A DNA stretch of 63,185 bases, taken from NCBI GenBank assembly GCA_046590445.1, contig JBKJUF010000048.1:1-63185 (forward strand), written 5' to 3'. Below the pieces are notes generated by a model. It was not told the DNA's origin and made no database searches. It was given only the letters and a program-made list of their open reading frames with translations. The stretch comes from Kofleriaceae bacterium (GTDB lineage Bacteria > Myxococcota_A > Polyangia > Haliangiales > Haliangiaceae). Both the position numbers and the translations under genes were made by a program. Below, one piece after another: positions 46,071 to 55,087 of the stretch. Each line of letters opens with the position of its first letter. Positions within the stretch are counted from its first letter, which is position 1.

Positions 46071-46705
46071 TGCGGCCCGTGAGCGCCTGCCGCTTACTCA
46101 CCTGGCTCACCTGGCTCACCTGGCTCACCTGGCTCACCTCGCTCGCCGCGTGCGCGCCCGACATCGCTCCGGGCTCGTACCTCTGCGGTCCCGAGCAGCT
46201 GTGCCCGGAGGGCCAGTCGTGCAACGGCCCCGACAACCTCTGCGTCGTCAGCTCCGCGGCGATGCCGTTCGAGTGCGAGACCGCTCTCGATCCACCCGGC
46301 GACGACGCACCAGCGACGGCGCAACCGCTCGGGGCGCTCGACTGCGTATCGGTGCTGCGGGTGACGAAGGGCTGCATGTCCGCCGGTGATATCGCCGACT
46401 GGTACCAGTTCGACGTCCCCACGAACTGTGTCGCCGTCCAGGTCGAGGCCACGCTGGCGTTTCCGATCGCGTACGAGACGCTCGAGCTCCAGCTCTCGAC
46501 GAACCTCGGCCCGGGCAGCGTCGTCGAGGGCACCTGCCCGCCGTCGCGGTCGCCCGACGAAGGCGAGGCCCATCGCTGCTTCGAGATGACGGTGACGCCG
46601 GGGATGCGCTACGCGCTCGGCGTGGTACCCGACGGCACCGGCGACTGCGACCGCGCGTGCGCGTTCAATCGCTACCGGCTCGGGATGCAGCTCGCGACGC
46701 CGTGA
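46070..46705 (+). CDS. lipoprotein with pre-peptidase C-terminal (PPC)-like domain
   Basis: TGATG overlap with the upstream gene. The signal peptide carries the LTW repeat and the lipobox LAAC. The DWYQFDV motif is typical of PPC domains. Confidence 0.6.
   Translation: MRPVSACRLLTWLTWLTWLTWLTSLAACAPDIAPGSYLCGPEQLCPEGQSCNGPDNLCVVSSAAMPFECETALDPPGDDAPATAQPLGALDCVSVLRVTKGCMSAGDIADWYQFDVPTNCVAVQVEATLAFPIAYETLELQLSTNLGPGSVVEGTCPPSRSPDEGEAHRCFEMTVTPGMRYALGVVPDGTGDCDRACAFNRYRLGMQLATP
46097..46141 (+). repeat. 9-bp tandem repeat (CTCACCTGG x4 plus one imperfect copy) inside a signal peptide
   Basis: A direct read shows the copies at 46097-46132 are perfect, with an imperfect fifth copy CTCACCTCG at 46133-46141. 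The repeat encodes LTWLTWLTWLTWLTS. Confidence 0.9.
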
Positions 46706-46788
46706 GCTCGTAGAGACCCGGCACCCACAAAGAAGTTAAATCGACCGCGGGCCAAGACCCGACGGCGGTCCGGTGCGTCGACGCGAGG

Positions 46789-47034
46789 ATGTCGAGATGC
46801 CTTCACCTGGTCCTCCTGCTGTCCACGGTCGCCTGCGAGCATGTCCAGGAGGCGACACCCGCGTCACCGCGGACAGCTCCGGCGCCGGTCGTCGAACCTG
46901 TGCCTCCGGTCGCCGCCGAGCCCGCACCGGTTGATCCAATGACCGGCCCGATGACCCACCCGATCACCCGCGCCGGCCCGAAGTGGAAGGGCGTGCGCGA
47001 GCGGCCGCGCGTGATCCAGTCAGGCACGAAGTGA
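46789..47034 (+). CDS. small Pro-rich putative lipoprotein
   Basis: MSRCLHLVLLLSTVAC is a signal peptide with a Cys. Its stop overlaps the GTG of the next gene (GTGA). Confidence 0.4.
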   Translation: MSRCLHLVLLLSTVACEHVQEATPASPRTAPAPVVEPVPPVAAEPAPVDPMTGPMTHPITRAGPKWKGVRERPRVIQSGTK

Positions 47035-47744
47035 TCGCGCTGTCGACGCCGAGCCCGCTGCTCGCGCGGTTCGCGGTCGAGCTCGAGCGAACGACGCCGC
47101 GTCCGCTGCCCGCCGCGCCCGTGCTCACAGGCCACGCGCTCGCCGATCGCGAGGCGGCGCGACTGGCGTGGGCGAGCCGGATCGTCGACGAGTATCGCTC
47201 GGTCGCGGTGTTCTCGGAGTTGCTCGGTTGCCTCGCGGATCTCGAGGCGTCGCTCCCCGCACTCTGCGCGGTGCAGCGGCTGATCGGCGACGAGCTCCGG
47301 CACACCGCGGTCACCGCGCTCGTCGTGGACTGGCTCGGCGGGCGCGGCGATCTCACGATCGATCTCGCGGAGGTCGGGCTGCCGGCGCGCGACGTCGACG
47401 AGAGCGTGGCCACCCGAGCGTGTGCGATCGTCGCACGCGAGCTCGTGGTCGCGGAGGAGGAGTCGGTGTACGTGCTCGCGGCCTATCGCGACGCCACCAC
47501 CGAGCCCGCAATCCGGTCGGTGCTCGAGACGATCCTCGTCGACGAAGCCCGGCATGCCGCCGCGGGGCGTGCACTGTTCGCCGAGCTGGCGCCGAGTCCC
47601 GACGCCGGGCTACGCGCGCAGATGGCCGCGGACCGCATCGAGTTGCGCGAGGGTTACCGGCGGTCGGCGCGTGGCGGGCCCGGACGGCTGCTCGGAGGGA
47701 GTATCGAGGTCGCGGATCTCGAAGCGATCTGGCGACGCGTATAA
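47031..47744 (+). CDS. ferritin-like (di-iron-type) domain protein
   Basis: A GTG start at 47031 is coupled to the upstream stop. There are two ExxH motifs in helical context (GDELRH, VDEARH) and additional acidic helices (DEYRSVAVFSE, EEESVY). Confidence 0.6.
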   Translation: MIALSTPSPLLARFAVELERTTPRPLPAAPVLTGHALADREAARLAWASRIVDEYRSVAVFSELLGCLADLEASLPALCAVQRLIGDELRHTAVTALVVDWLGGRGDLTIDLAEVGLPARDVDESVATRACAIVARELVVAEEESVYVLAAYRDATTEPAIRSVLETILVDEARHAAAGRALFAELAPSPDAGLRAQMAADRIELREGYRRSARGGPGRLLGGSIEVADLEAIWRRV

Positions 47745-47755
47745 GCTCGCGCGCG

Positions 47756-49945
47756 GTGGATTACGCGTGGAACTGGCTGAGCGTGCCGTACCTCGCGTGC
47801 GCGCTTTCGCTGATCGCGGTCGGGCTGACGGCAGCGCTCGTCCGTGGCGATCGCGTGATGCGGCTCGGTACGATCGGCGCCGCGACGACGGCGCTGCCGT
47901 GGGCCCTGTGCTCGGCAGTCGCGACGTGGACCTCCGATCCGGTGCTCGCCGAGCGGCTGCTGCGGCTCGGCAACGGACCGACCTCGCTCGTCGGCCCCAG
48001 CTTGCTGCTCGTGCTGCTCGGCGTCAGTGGTCAGCTCGAGCGTCACCGCTGGATCGCGCGGATCGCCGGCGCGATCGGGCTCGGCTCCCTCGCGATCTGC
48101 TGGGGGACGAAGTGGGTCGTCGCCGGCGTCCACGTCATTCCGGCCGGCACCTTCTACATCAGCCCCGGACCGCTCACCGGCCTCCACTTCTCGCAGATCG
48201 GGATCTGGCTCGTCATCGGTATCTACGTCGTTCGGCGCGCGACCACCGGCGGGGAGCGGCGGTGGATCCAGGGGATGCTGATCGGCGTGCTGGCGCTCGG
48301 CGCGCTCGGCGCGACGGATCTGCTCCTGGTCTACGACATCGCTGGCTACTATCCGATCGCCTGGCTGTCCGTGACGATCGCCGCGCTCGCCGCGCTCCGC
48401 CTCGAGCTCAAGAGCGATCTGCTGCGGCCGCAGGGCTTCGACCGCCCAATCTTCATCGAGCTCCTCGGGTTCTTGATCACCGCCGTGATCGTCGGCGTGA
48501 TCGCGCTGTCGTTCGAGGGCCTCGCCCCGGTCGCGCTCGTGGTGATCGCCAGCATCGTGTGGACCGCGATCCTCGGCATGACGTGGACGTTCGCCCACGA
48601 CCAGCCGGTGCGGATCGCGCGCGAGCGCGCACTCGAGCACCTGATCGCCGCGCTCGCCGACGTCCACGAGGATGCCGAGATCGGCCGGCGATTGCGGACG
48701 CTCTGGAAGGAGGTCTCGATCGAGGTGCGCCATACGTTCCGGGCCCAAGATGGAGCGAGCCAGCGAACGCTGGCGAGCGGGCCCCAAGATGGAGCGAGCC
48801 AGCGAACGCTGGCGAGCGGGCCCGACGGTGACGCGCTGGTCGATGTCGAGAGCGGTGAGCGGCGCCAGTTCGATCGCGAGGTCGCCGCGTGGCTCGTCGA
48901 GCACGGCGAGATGCTCGCCGCCGGCGATCTCGGCACGATGAGAGTCGGGCCGATCCGGCCGATGCTCGAGGGGCTCTTCGCGCTGCCGCGCGGCGGCACG
49001 TCGCTGATCGTCCCGTTGATCGATCGCGGTGCGCTGGTCGGGATCGTCGAGGCCGACCATCTCGCGGCGCTCCGCGAGGACGAGCGCGGGCTGGTGCTCG
49101 AATCGGCGCGCGCTGCCGCCCGGGCGATGACGTACGTCGCGCTGTCGCGGGAGGCCGCGCTCGAGGGCGAGACCGCGCGGGAGGTCGAGGTTGCCGAGGC
49201 GATGCGGCTGCAGGCATCGGCGAGCCGCGACGACGAGCTCGGGCGGTGGACCGTGGCCGCCGAGTACCGCACCGCCGCGCGCACGACGGGCGCTGGCTGG
49301 TCGGCGAGCCTGCTCGCCGATGGCCGGCTCGCGGTGCTCGTCACCGAGGCGCAGGCCCACGGCGTCGCCGCGGCGCTCGCGACCGCGGCGCTGACCGGTG
49401 CGTTCGCGGCCGCGACCAGCACGACCGCGCCGATCGCGCTCGACGATCTGCTGACGAGCCTGCGCGCGAGCGCCGAGGGCGTGATCCGCGGCGGCGAGCC
49501 GGTCGCCGCGTTCGTCGCGATCCTCGATGCCGACACCGGCCGCGTCGAGTGGGCCGCAGCGGGCCATCCCGGCGCGATGGTGGTCGGTCCCGTCGCGTAC
49601 GACGTCGCGTTTCCGGCCGGCTCGGTCAACGCGGCGCGGCCCAGGACGCTCGCGCTCGGCGGAGGCGGTGCCCGGCTCGGCGCCAGCATGGTGGCCGCGA
49701 CGCGCGGCGAGACCGCGCTCGACGCCGATTCGTTGCTCGTGATCGCATCGACCGCGGTGCGCGGCGACGACGAGGCGCGTTGGCAGCAGGTGCTCGCCGA
49801 CCAGGCGCCGGCAGGCTCGCGCCTCGCCTCGGTGCTCGTCGACAGCGTGCTACGCGCCGGCAAGCCGACCGAGGATCTCCTCGCCGTCGTGGTCCGCCAG
49901 CGCGCACCCGGCGGCCTCGGCACGCCTGCGCCCACGAGCGGTTGA
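47756..49945 (+). CDS. polytopic membrane sensor with GAF-like region and degenerate SpoIIE/PP2C-like C-terminal domain
   Basis: GTG 47756 lies 12 nt after the upstream stop. There are about 10 hydrophobic helices, then LIVPLIDRGALVGIVE (GAF-like), then a SpoIIE-like block (AAGHPGAMVV). The usual GGDxYD, GDVxGHG and TDG acidic residues are replaced. Confidence 0.75.
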   Translation: MDYAWNWLSVPYLACALSLIAVGLTAALVRGDRVMRLGTIGAATTALPWALCSAVATWTSDPVLAERLLRLGNGPTSLVGPSLLLVLLGVSGQLERHRWIARIAGAIGLGSLAICWGTKWVVAGVHVIPAGTFYISPGPLTGLHFSQIGIWLVIGIYVVRRATTGGERRWIQGMLIGVLALGALGATDLLLVYDIAGYYPIAWLSVTIAALAALRLELKSDLLRPQGFDRPIFIELLGFLITAVIVGVIALSFEGLAPVALVVIASIVWTAILGMTWTFAHDQPVRIARERALEHLIAALADVHEDAEIGRRLRTLWKEVSIEVRHTFRAQDGASQRTLASGPQDGASQRTLASGPDGDALVDVESGERRQFDREVAAWLVEHGEMLAAGDLGTMRVGPIRPMLEGLFALPRGGTSLIVPLIDRGALVGIVEADHLAALREDERGLVLESARAAARAMTYVALSREAALEGETAREVEVAEAMRLQASASRDDELGRWTVAAEYRTAARTTGAGWSASLLADGRLAVLVTEAQAHGVAAALATAALTGAFAAATSTTAPIALDDLLTSLRASAEGVIRGGEPVAAFVAILDADTGRVEWAAAGHPGAMVVGPVAYDVAFPAGSVNAARPRTLALGGGGARLGASMVAATRGETALDADSLLVIASTAVRGDDEARWQQVLADQAPAGSRLASVLVDSVLRAGKPTEDLLAVVVRQRAPGGLGTPAPTSG
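48744..48821 (+). repeat. two identical tandem copies of a 39-bp hairpin-core repeat, in frame within the sensor gene
   Basis: cccaagatggagcgagccagcgaacgctggcgagcgggc occurs twice (48744-48782 and 48783-48821) and encodes QDGASQRTLASGP x2. The core GCCAGCG-aa-CGCTGGC is palindromic. Confidence 0.9.
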
Positions 49946-50043
49946 GCGTGCCGCCTACAGGCGAGCGGTCGACACCGCAGCAGGGGAGCCGCTGTGAGGC
50001 GGGTACGCTTGCCGGCGGGGCAAACACCCGGAAAGCTTGCGCC

Positions 50044-51549
50044 ATGAGGCAGGTGTCATGGCTCGCGTTCGGATTCCTCATCGCGTGCGGTGGCGACGAT
50101 GCGGCAACGCCGCCCGACGCGAGCACCGTGCCCGACGCCTCGGCAGAATTCATGATCGGTTGCAGTGAGGTTCCACAGAGCGCCGATGCGTTCGCGACGG
50201 CCGCCGACTTCGGTCCCGTGCCGCCGGGCACGCTCGCCGGCTGGGATCCCGATGGCCGGTGGTTTCTGACCGGTATCCGCGTCGGCGGTGTCTCGAGCTT
50301 TCACTTCGAGAAGCGGGGCACGGACGTGGTCGTCGATCGCGACACCGTGAACCTCGGCACGATCGACGACGACCAGCTCTTTCAGCGGACCGTGTTCGCG
50401 AGCGGCCAGGACTCGTTCATCGTCGCGAAGCGCGTCTCGTCCCGGCTCCCCGATGGATCGCTGCGCGCCGACCGCGCAGTCTGCGACGGCGCGAACTGCC
50501 GGATCTGCACTGCGAAGCTGGTCCGCGCGGAGCGTCATGATCCCGAGGTCTCCGAGAACCTGACGCTCGTCGGCCAGCTCGATGGTGCCGACTGGAGCGA
50601 TGGCTTCACGTTCAACGTCCGCGTCCGCGGCACGCTCGCGTACCTCGTGCGGATCGACGGGCTGTACATCATCGAGACCAGCAACCCGGCGAACCCCGTC
50701 CAGGTCGGCCACTACAAGCGCACCGGCGACGGCTACAGCAACGACGTCAAGCTCGTCGACGCGGCCGGCGGCAAGCGCTACGCGGTGATCGCCGACTATC
50801 CGGTCGATGTTGTCGACGTCACGAACCCCGCGCAACCAGTGCTGGCCGCGACGATCGCCGAGGAAGCCCACACCGTGTTCACCGAGGAGCGCGGAGGCGT
50901 CACCTACGCGTACTTCGGCAACTACGATGGCAGTACGCCGGTCTATGACATCACGAACCCCGCGCTGCCGGTACGGCTCGGCCGCTTCCAGACCGAGGGC
51001 GCGCTCGTCCACGATCTCTCGGTGTCGAACGGCATCGCATACCTCAACGCGTGGGACGCCGGCCTGTTGACCGTCGACTTCACCGTGCCGACATCGCCGC
51101 AGCTCCTCGGGGCGTGGGATCCAACGACGCGCGGCGCGAGCCACTCCAGCTGGACCACCAGCGTGGCCGGCCGCAAGATCGCACTGCACGGCGACGAGAC
51201 GTACGGCGCGCACCTCGACATCGTCGACGTCGATCCGTCGTCACCGACGTTCATGAAGCCGTTCGCGAGCTACAAGACGCGCGACTGGGTCTCGATCCAC
51301 AACATCATGGCGTTCGGCGCCAAGGCGTACTTCACGTACTACCAGGACGGCGTGCGCGTGATGGATCTCAGCAATCCGGCCGCGCCTCGCCTCGTCGGTT
51401 ATTACAACACCTGGGATCCGCAGGCAGACTACACGTCGAGCGCGTTCTTCGAGGGCGCGGTCGGGCTCGACGTCGATCTCGCACGCAAGCTGATCTTCGT
51501 CGCCGACTCGCCGCGCGGGCTGCTGATCCTTCGCGACGACACTCCGTAG
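50044..51549 (+). CDS. LVIVD-repeat-like beta-propeller lipoprotein
   Basis: ATG 50044 gives MRQVSWLAFGFLIACGG with a lipobox. Repeated blocks of the LVIVD-repeat type are present: GLYIIETSNPANPVQVG, VDVVDVTNPAQPV, VYDITNPALPV, LLTVDFTVPTSPQ and VRVMDLSNPAAPRLVG. Confidence 0.75.
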   Translation: MRQVSWLAFGFLIACGGDDAATPPDASTVPDASAEFMIGCSEVPQSADAFATAADFGPVPPGTLAGWDPDGRWFLTGIRVGGVSSFHFEKRGTDVVVDRDTVNLGTIDDDQLFQRTVFASGQDSFIVAKRVSSRLPDGSLRADRAVCDGANCRICTAKLVRAERHDPEVSENLTLVGQLDGADWSDGFTFNVRVRGTLAYLVRIDGLYIIETSNPANPVQVGHYKRTGDGYSNDVKLVDAAGGKRYAVIADYPVDVVDVTNPAQPVLAATIAEEAHTVFTEERGGVTYAYFGNYDGSTPVYDITNPALPVRLGRFQTEGALVHDLSVSNGIAYLNAWDAGLLTVDFTVPTSPQLLGAWDPTTRGASHSSWTTSVAGRKIALHGDETYGAHLDIVDVDPSSPTFMKPFASYKTRDWVSIHNIMAFGAKAYFTYYQDGVRVMDLSNPAAPRLVGYYNTWDPQADYTSSAFFEGAVGLDVDLARKLIFVADSPRGLLILRDDTP

Positions 51550-51554
51550 TCGGC

Positions 51555-54443
51555 TCAGGCGGGTGGCGGCTCGGCGTCGGTCGGTCGCTCGTCATCGATC
51601 ACGAGGCGCAGGCCGGCGGGCAGCGTGTCGCCGAGCGCGACGCGTTCCTCGCGGGCCTCGAGCGCGACGACCTGTTCGATCAGCACGACCGGCCGCTCGC
51701 CGCCGGGCATCGCGCGGACCGCCGCGGCGAGCCTGGTACGCGTCGCGTCATCGAGATCGCGCGTGCGATCGCCGGTGCGTCGCCCGAGCTGCGCGAGCGG
51801 AAACGCCGTCTTGTCGGCATCGGGCCAGTCCCACGCGACGAGCTGGCCGATCCACGATGCGACCTTCGACGCCGGCACCACCGCATTGAGCGGACCGTAG
51901 AGCGGCACGCGGGCACCCACGCGCGACAGCGCCCACAGGTGCACCGGATCCTCGCGGCCCTTGCGAGTGTCCATCCGCCGCATCAGCTCGTCGCCGAGCT
52001 TGATCTTGTGCGCGATCGGCAGCCGCTCGAGGCTCGCGACGACGCGCCACATCTCGGCGAGCTCCTGCTTGCTGGCCTTGAGCTCGGCGAGCTTCTTCTG
52101 CTGCCTGGGGCTCGGCAACAGCAGCTGCGCGAGGCGATCGTAGATCTGCTCCTGCTGGCCGTTCGCGAGGCCGCCCGCGATCCGCCGCCACACGATCCAC
52201 CATGCGAGCTTGTTCGGCTCGACCTTCGGATGCGCGAGGTTCTCGTTGAACACGCCCCACATCACGCGCGCGCGCCAGGTGTCGAGCGGCGCTCCGGTTC
52301 CGGGCCGCAGCAGGAAGCCCGCGAGGTTGAGCCAGCGCCCCTCGTGATCCGCGGTCTTCTTGCGATCGGGCGCGACCTCGACGAGCGCGTCGAACAGCGC
52401 GCGTGCCGTCATCATCGACCAGTCATCGCGGCGCGCCTCGAGCAGGGTCTCGAGATCGCGGGCCAGCGTCGCGAGCCCGGCGCCGGTGCGGAACCCGACC
52501 TGGATCTTCGCCTTCGCCTCCTCGGTCTTCGGGTGCGGCGCGGCATCAGCGGCGCTGTCGACCACCGCGAGCGTTCCGCCGGAGCGCATGTCGAACGCGA
52601 GCTTCCAGGTCTCGGCCTGGGCACCGGGCGGTGGCGCTGCGTCGACGCAAAAAATCTCGAGCGCGCCGAGCGCGGTGATGTGAACCTCGAGGCGGACGGT
52701 GACCTCGCCACGGCCACGCGCGCGCAGCACGGTGACGATCGGCGGCAGCTCGAGGAGGTCGCTGCCGTCGTCGACGGTGTCGGCCTGGCCATCTCCGATC
52801 GGGACCAGCGCACCCGGCTGATCATCACGCGAGGTGGACGAGTAGAGCCGGAAGCTGACCGGCCGATTCGTCACCAGCTTGAAGTCGCGTGCGAGCTGGA
52901 CACGGGCGCCGTCGTCGAGGCCCGACGGGGCGAGGCACACCGCGTAGCGCGCGGGCTCGCCGTCGGCGCCCGCCTCGGTCGTCGGAACTCGCCGGCGCGC
53001 GCCACTCGCATCGACGCCGACGTAGAACGCGCGGGCGGTGCCGCCCTTGATGCGCGTCGCGAGGCCGCGGCGGACGAGGCCGTAGTACGCGGCGCCCTGC
53101 GCGACCGCCATCTCGGGCATCGTCGCCGGGAGCTCGCGCGGCGGCGGGCCCTGCCACTGCCCGATCTGGTCGAGCACGCGGGTGCGGAGCGACGCCGGCG
53201 TCATCGCGCCGCCGTTGAACAGGATCGCGTCGACGCGCGCGGCGCCGTGGCGCGACAGGAATGCCGCGAGGTGGCGGGTCACCGCGGGATCGCTCGCGTA
53301 CGGCAGCCCGAACTCCTGGAGGCCGCTGCGGCCTCGCGCGAGCGGTGCGTCCTTCGCGACCAGCGGGAAGAAGCCGTCGTAGAGGATCGCCTCGAGCTCG
53401 GTACGGGTGACCTCGTCGCGGAGGTTGCCGCCGATCAGCTTGGCGCCGCGCGACGCGACATTGATCGGGGCGGTGGCCTGCGCGGCGGCCGACGCGTCGT
53501 CACCGAGCAGCGTCTCCTTCGCGAGCCGGCAGGCGTGCACGAGGCCATGCCACTGCAGCGCATCGAGCTTCTTGCCGTGCTTCGCGACGACACGCTGCTC
53601 GACGATCTTCGCGAGCGTGAGATCGAGGTTGTCACCGCCGAGCAGCAGGTGATCGCCGACCGCGGTGCGCGTGAAACCAAGGCCGTTGCTGTCGACCTCG
53701 ATCAGCGTGAAGTCGGTCGTGCCGCCGCCGACGTCGAACACCAGCACGCGCTCGCCCGCCGCGAGCCCCTTGCCGCCGTGGGCGCCATCGATCCACGCGT
53801 AGAATGCGGCCTGCGGCTCCTCGAGGAGCACGACCGGCGGATACCCGGCGCTGACCGCCGCCTGCAGCGTCAGCTCGCGCGCGGCCTCGTCGAACGACGC
53901 CGGCACGGTGACGAGCACCTCCTGCTCCTCGAACGGATCGTCGGCGTGCGCGAAGTCCCAGGCCTCGCGGATGTGACGCAGCACGAGCGCCTGCGCGGCG
54001 ATCGGCGAGAGCTTCGGCCCGTCGCCCTCGCCCCACGGCAGGATCGCGGCCTGACGGTCGACGCCGGGATGACACAGCCACGACTTCGCCGACGCGATCA
54101 TCCGCGACGCCATGCGCGCGCCCTGGCTGCGTGCGAGCTCGCCGACGACCGGTCGCAGCAGCGTCGATGTCGCGGCCTGCGGATCGCGCTCGACCTTCGC
54201 GACCGGGCGCCATGGCAACGACGTCTCGTGGGGCGCGAGATCGATGTCGCCCGCGAGGTAGACGAACGACGGCAGCTGGCGGCGCGGCGCGACCTCGCCG
54301 GGCGCGACGAGCTGCGGCACCTCGAACACGCGGACGCGCGGGTCGGCAGCCTCGCTGTCGACGTACGCGACGGCGGAGTTCGTGGTGCCGAGATCGATGC
54401 CGATCAGGTAGCGCGTGGGCACTGCGATGCGTTCGTACCGCAT
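51555..54443 (-). CDS. non-canonical Hsp70-family ATPase with long helical C-terminal extension
   Basis: ATG 54443 (alternative GTG 54467). Hsp70 NBD motifs are IGIDLGTTNSAVA, VFDVGGGTTDFTLIEV, GDHLLGGDNLD and ILFNGGAM. There is no DnaK-type SBD or EEVD tail, and about 370 extra C-terminal residues. Confidence 0.85.
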   Translation of the reverse strand: MRYERIAVPTRYLIGIDLGTTNSAVAYVDSEAADPRVRVFEVPQLVAPGEVAPRRQLPSFVYLAGDIDLAPHETSLPWRPVAKVERDPQAATSTLLRPVVGELARSQGARMASRMIASAKSWLCHPGVDRQAAILPWGEGDGPKLSPIAAQALVLRHIREAWDFAHADDPFEEQEVLVTVPASFDEAARELTLQAAVSAGYPPVVLLEEPQAAFYAWIDGAHGGKGLAAGERVLVFDVGGGTTDFTLIEVDSNGLGFTRTAVGDHLLLGGDNLDLTLAKIVEQRVVAKHGKKLDALQWHGLVHACRLAKETLLGDDASAAAQATAPINVASRGAKLIGGNLRDEVTRTELEAILYDGFFPLVAKDAPLARGRSGLQEFGLPYASDPAVTRHLAAFLSRHGAARVDAILFNGGAMTPASLRTRVLDQIGQWQGPPPRELPATMPEMAVAQGAAYYGLVRRGLATRIKGGTARAFYVGVDASGARRRVPTTEAGADGEPARYAVCLAPSGLDDGARVQLARDFKLVTNRPVSFRLYSSTSRDDQPGALVPIGDGQADTVDDGSDLLELPPIVTVLRARGRGEVTVRLEVHITALGALEIFCVDAAPPPGAQAETWKLAFDMRSGGTLAVVDSAADAAPHPKTEEAKAKIQVGFRTGAGLATLARDLETLLEARRDDWSMMTARALFDALVEVAPDRKKTADHEGRWLNLAGFLLRPGTGAPLDTWRARVMWGVFNENLAHPKVEPNKLAWWIVWRRIAGGLANGQQEQIYDRLAQLLLPSPRQQKKLAELKASKQELAEMWRVVASLERLPIAHKIKLGDELMRRMDTRKGREDPVHLWALSRVGARVPLYGPLNAVVPASKVASWIGQLVAWDWPDADKTAFPLAQLGRRTGDRTRDLDDATRTRLAAAVRAMPGGERPVVLIEQVVALEAREERVALGDTLPAGLRLVIDDERPTDAEPPPA

Positions 54444-54515
54444 CCGCCGGCGCCTCGCTCCACCCACGGCGCCCGAACGGCCCCGTCGAGCCGCGACTCG
54501 GGCGATGATGAGCCA

Positions 54516-55027
54516 ATGCGCCGGGTCGTCTGGTGGCTCGGCCTCGCAGCTTGCGGGCGGATTGGTTTCGACCCGCGCGCGGCCGTCGACGCGGACCCCG
54601 ACGACGCGCCGCTCGGCGACGCCCTACCGCGCGTGTGCCCAGCCGACCCCAGGCTCCGAAGCTCGCGGCAACGCGGTCGTCCGCGGACGTCTGGGTGCGA
54701 CCGACCAGCCTCACCGCGCGCCAGATCATCTTCGATCACGATATGCGGTGGGCGCTCGATGTAGCCGCCGGCGGAGGGCTGTTCTGCGAGTCCTCGGGCA
54801 TCCAGGCGACGAGCACGACCCTGCTCGCGGTCGGCGCGTGGACACACGTCGCGTGCGTACTCGACGTCACTGCGCTGACGATCTACGTCAACGGTCGCGC
54901 GGAGGGCTCGGTGGTGGTCCCGGCGCTCGCCGCCAGCAAGCAGCCCGCCGCCATCGCGGGCAACGCGCCCCCGACCGACATCCCGCGGCTCGCGGGACGT
55001 GTCGCGATCCGGACCAGAAGCTCGTAG
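54516..55027 (+). pseudogene. decayed LamG/concanavalin-like domain lipoprotein gene (frameshift or internal deletion)
   Basis: A lipoprotein signal (MRRVVWWLGLAACG...CPADPRL) in one frame from 54516 ends at 54764. A LamG-like core (ADVWVRPTSLTARQIIFDHD...GAWTHVACVLD...LTIYVNGRAEG) lies in a different frame (54683-55027). The usual N-terminal part of the domain is absent. Confidence 0.4.
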
Positions 55028-55087
55028 CTACCGAGGAGTTTGTGGACATCGATGGTCGATTCCGGATCGACAGAGCTCCTCCTAGCT

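Noticed and set aside
47168-47755. N-terminal 196 codons of the 925-aa ORF upstream of the sensor gene
   Set aside because: This part overlaps the ferritin-like gene in another frame and is Arg-rich. The hydrophobic sensor begins at GTG 47756, just after the upstream stop.
46097-48821. Short tandem repeats (9-bp and 39-bp) considered as a possible CRISPR array
   Set aside because: The repeats are directly abutting with no spacers, number only 2-5 copies, and lie inside coding sequences. No cas genes are present in the window.
51051-54764. 1237-aa ORF on the plus strand
   Set aside because: It is antisense to the large Hsp70-like gene and has no motifs. Only its final roughly 80 codons coincide with the signal-peptide frame of the decayed LamG gene.
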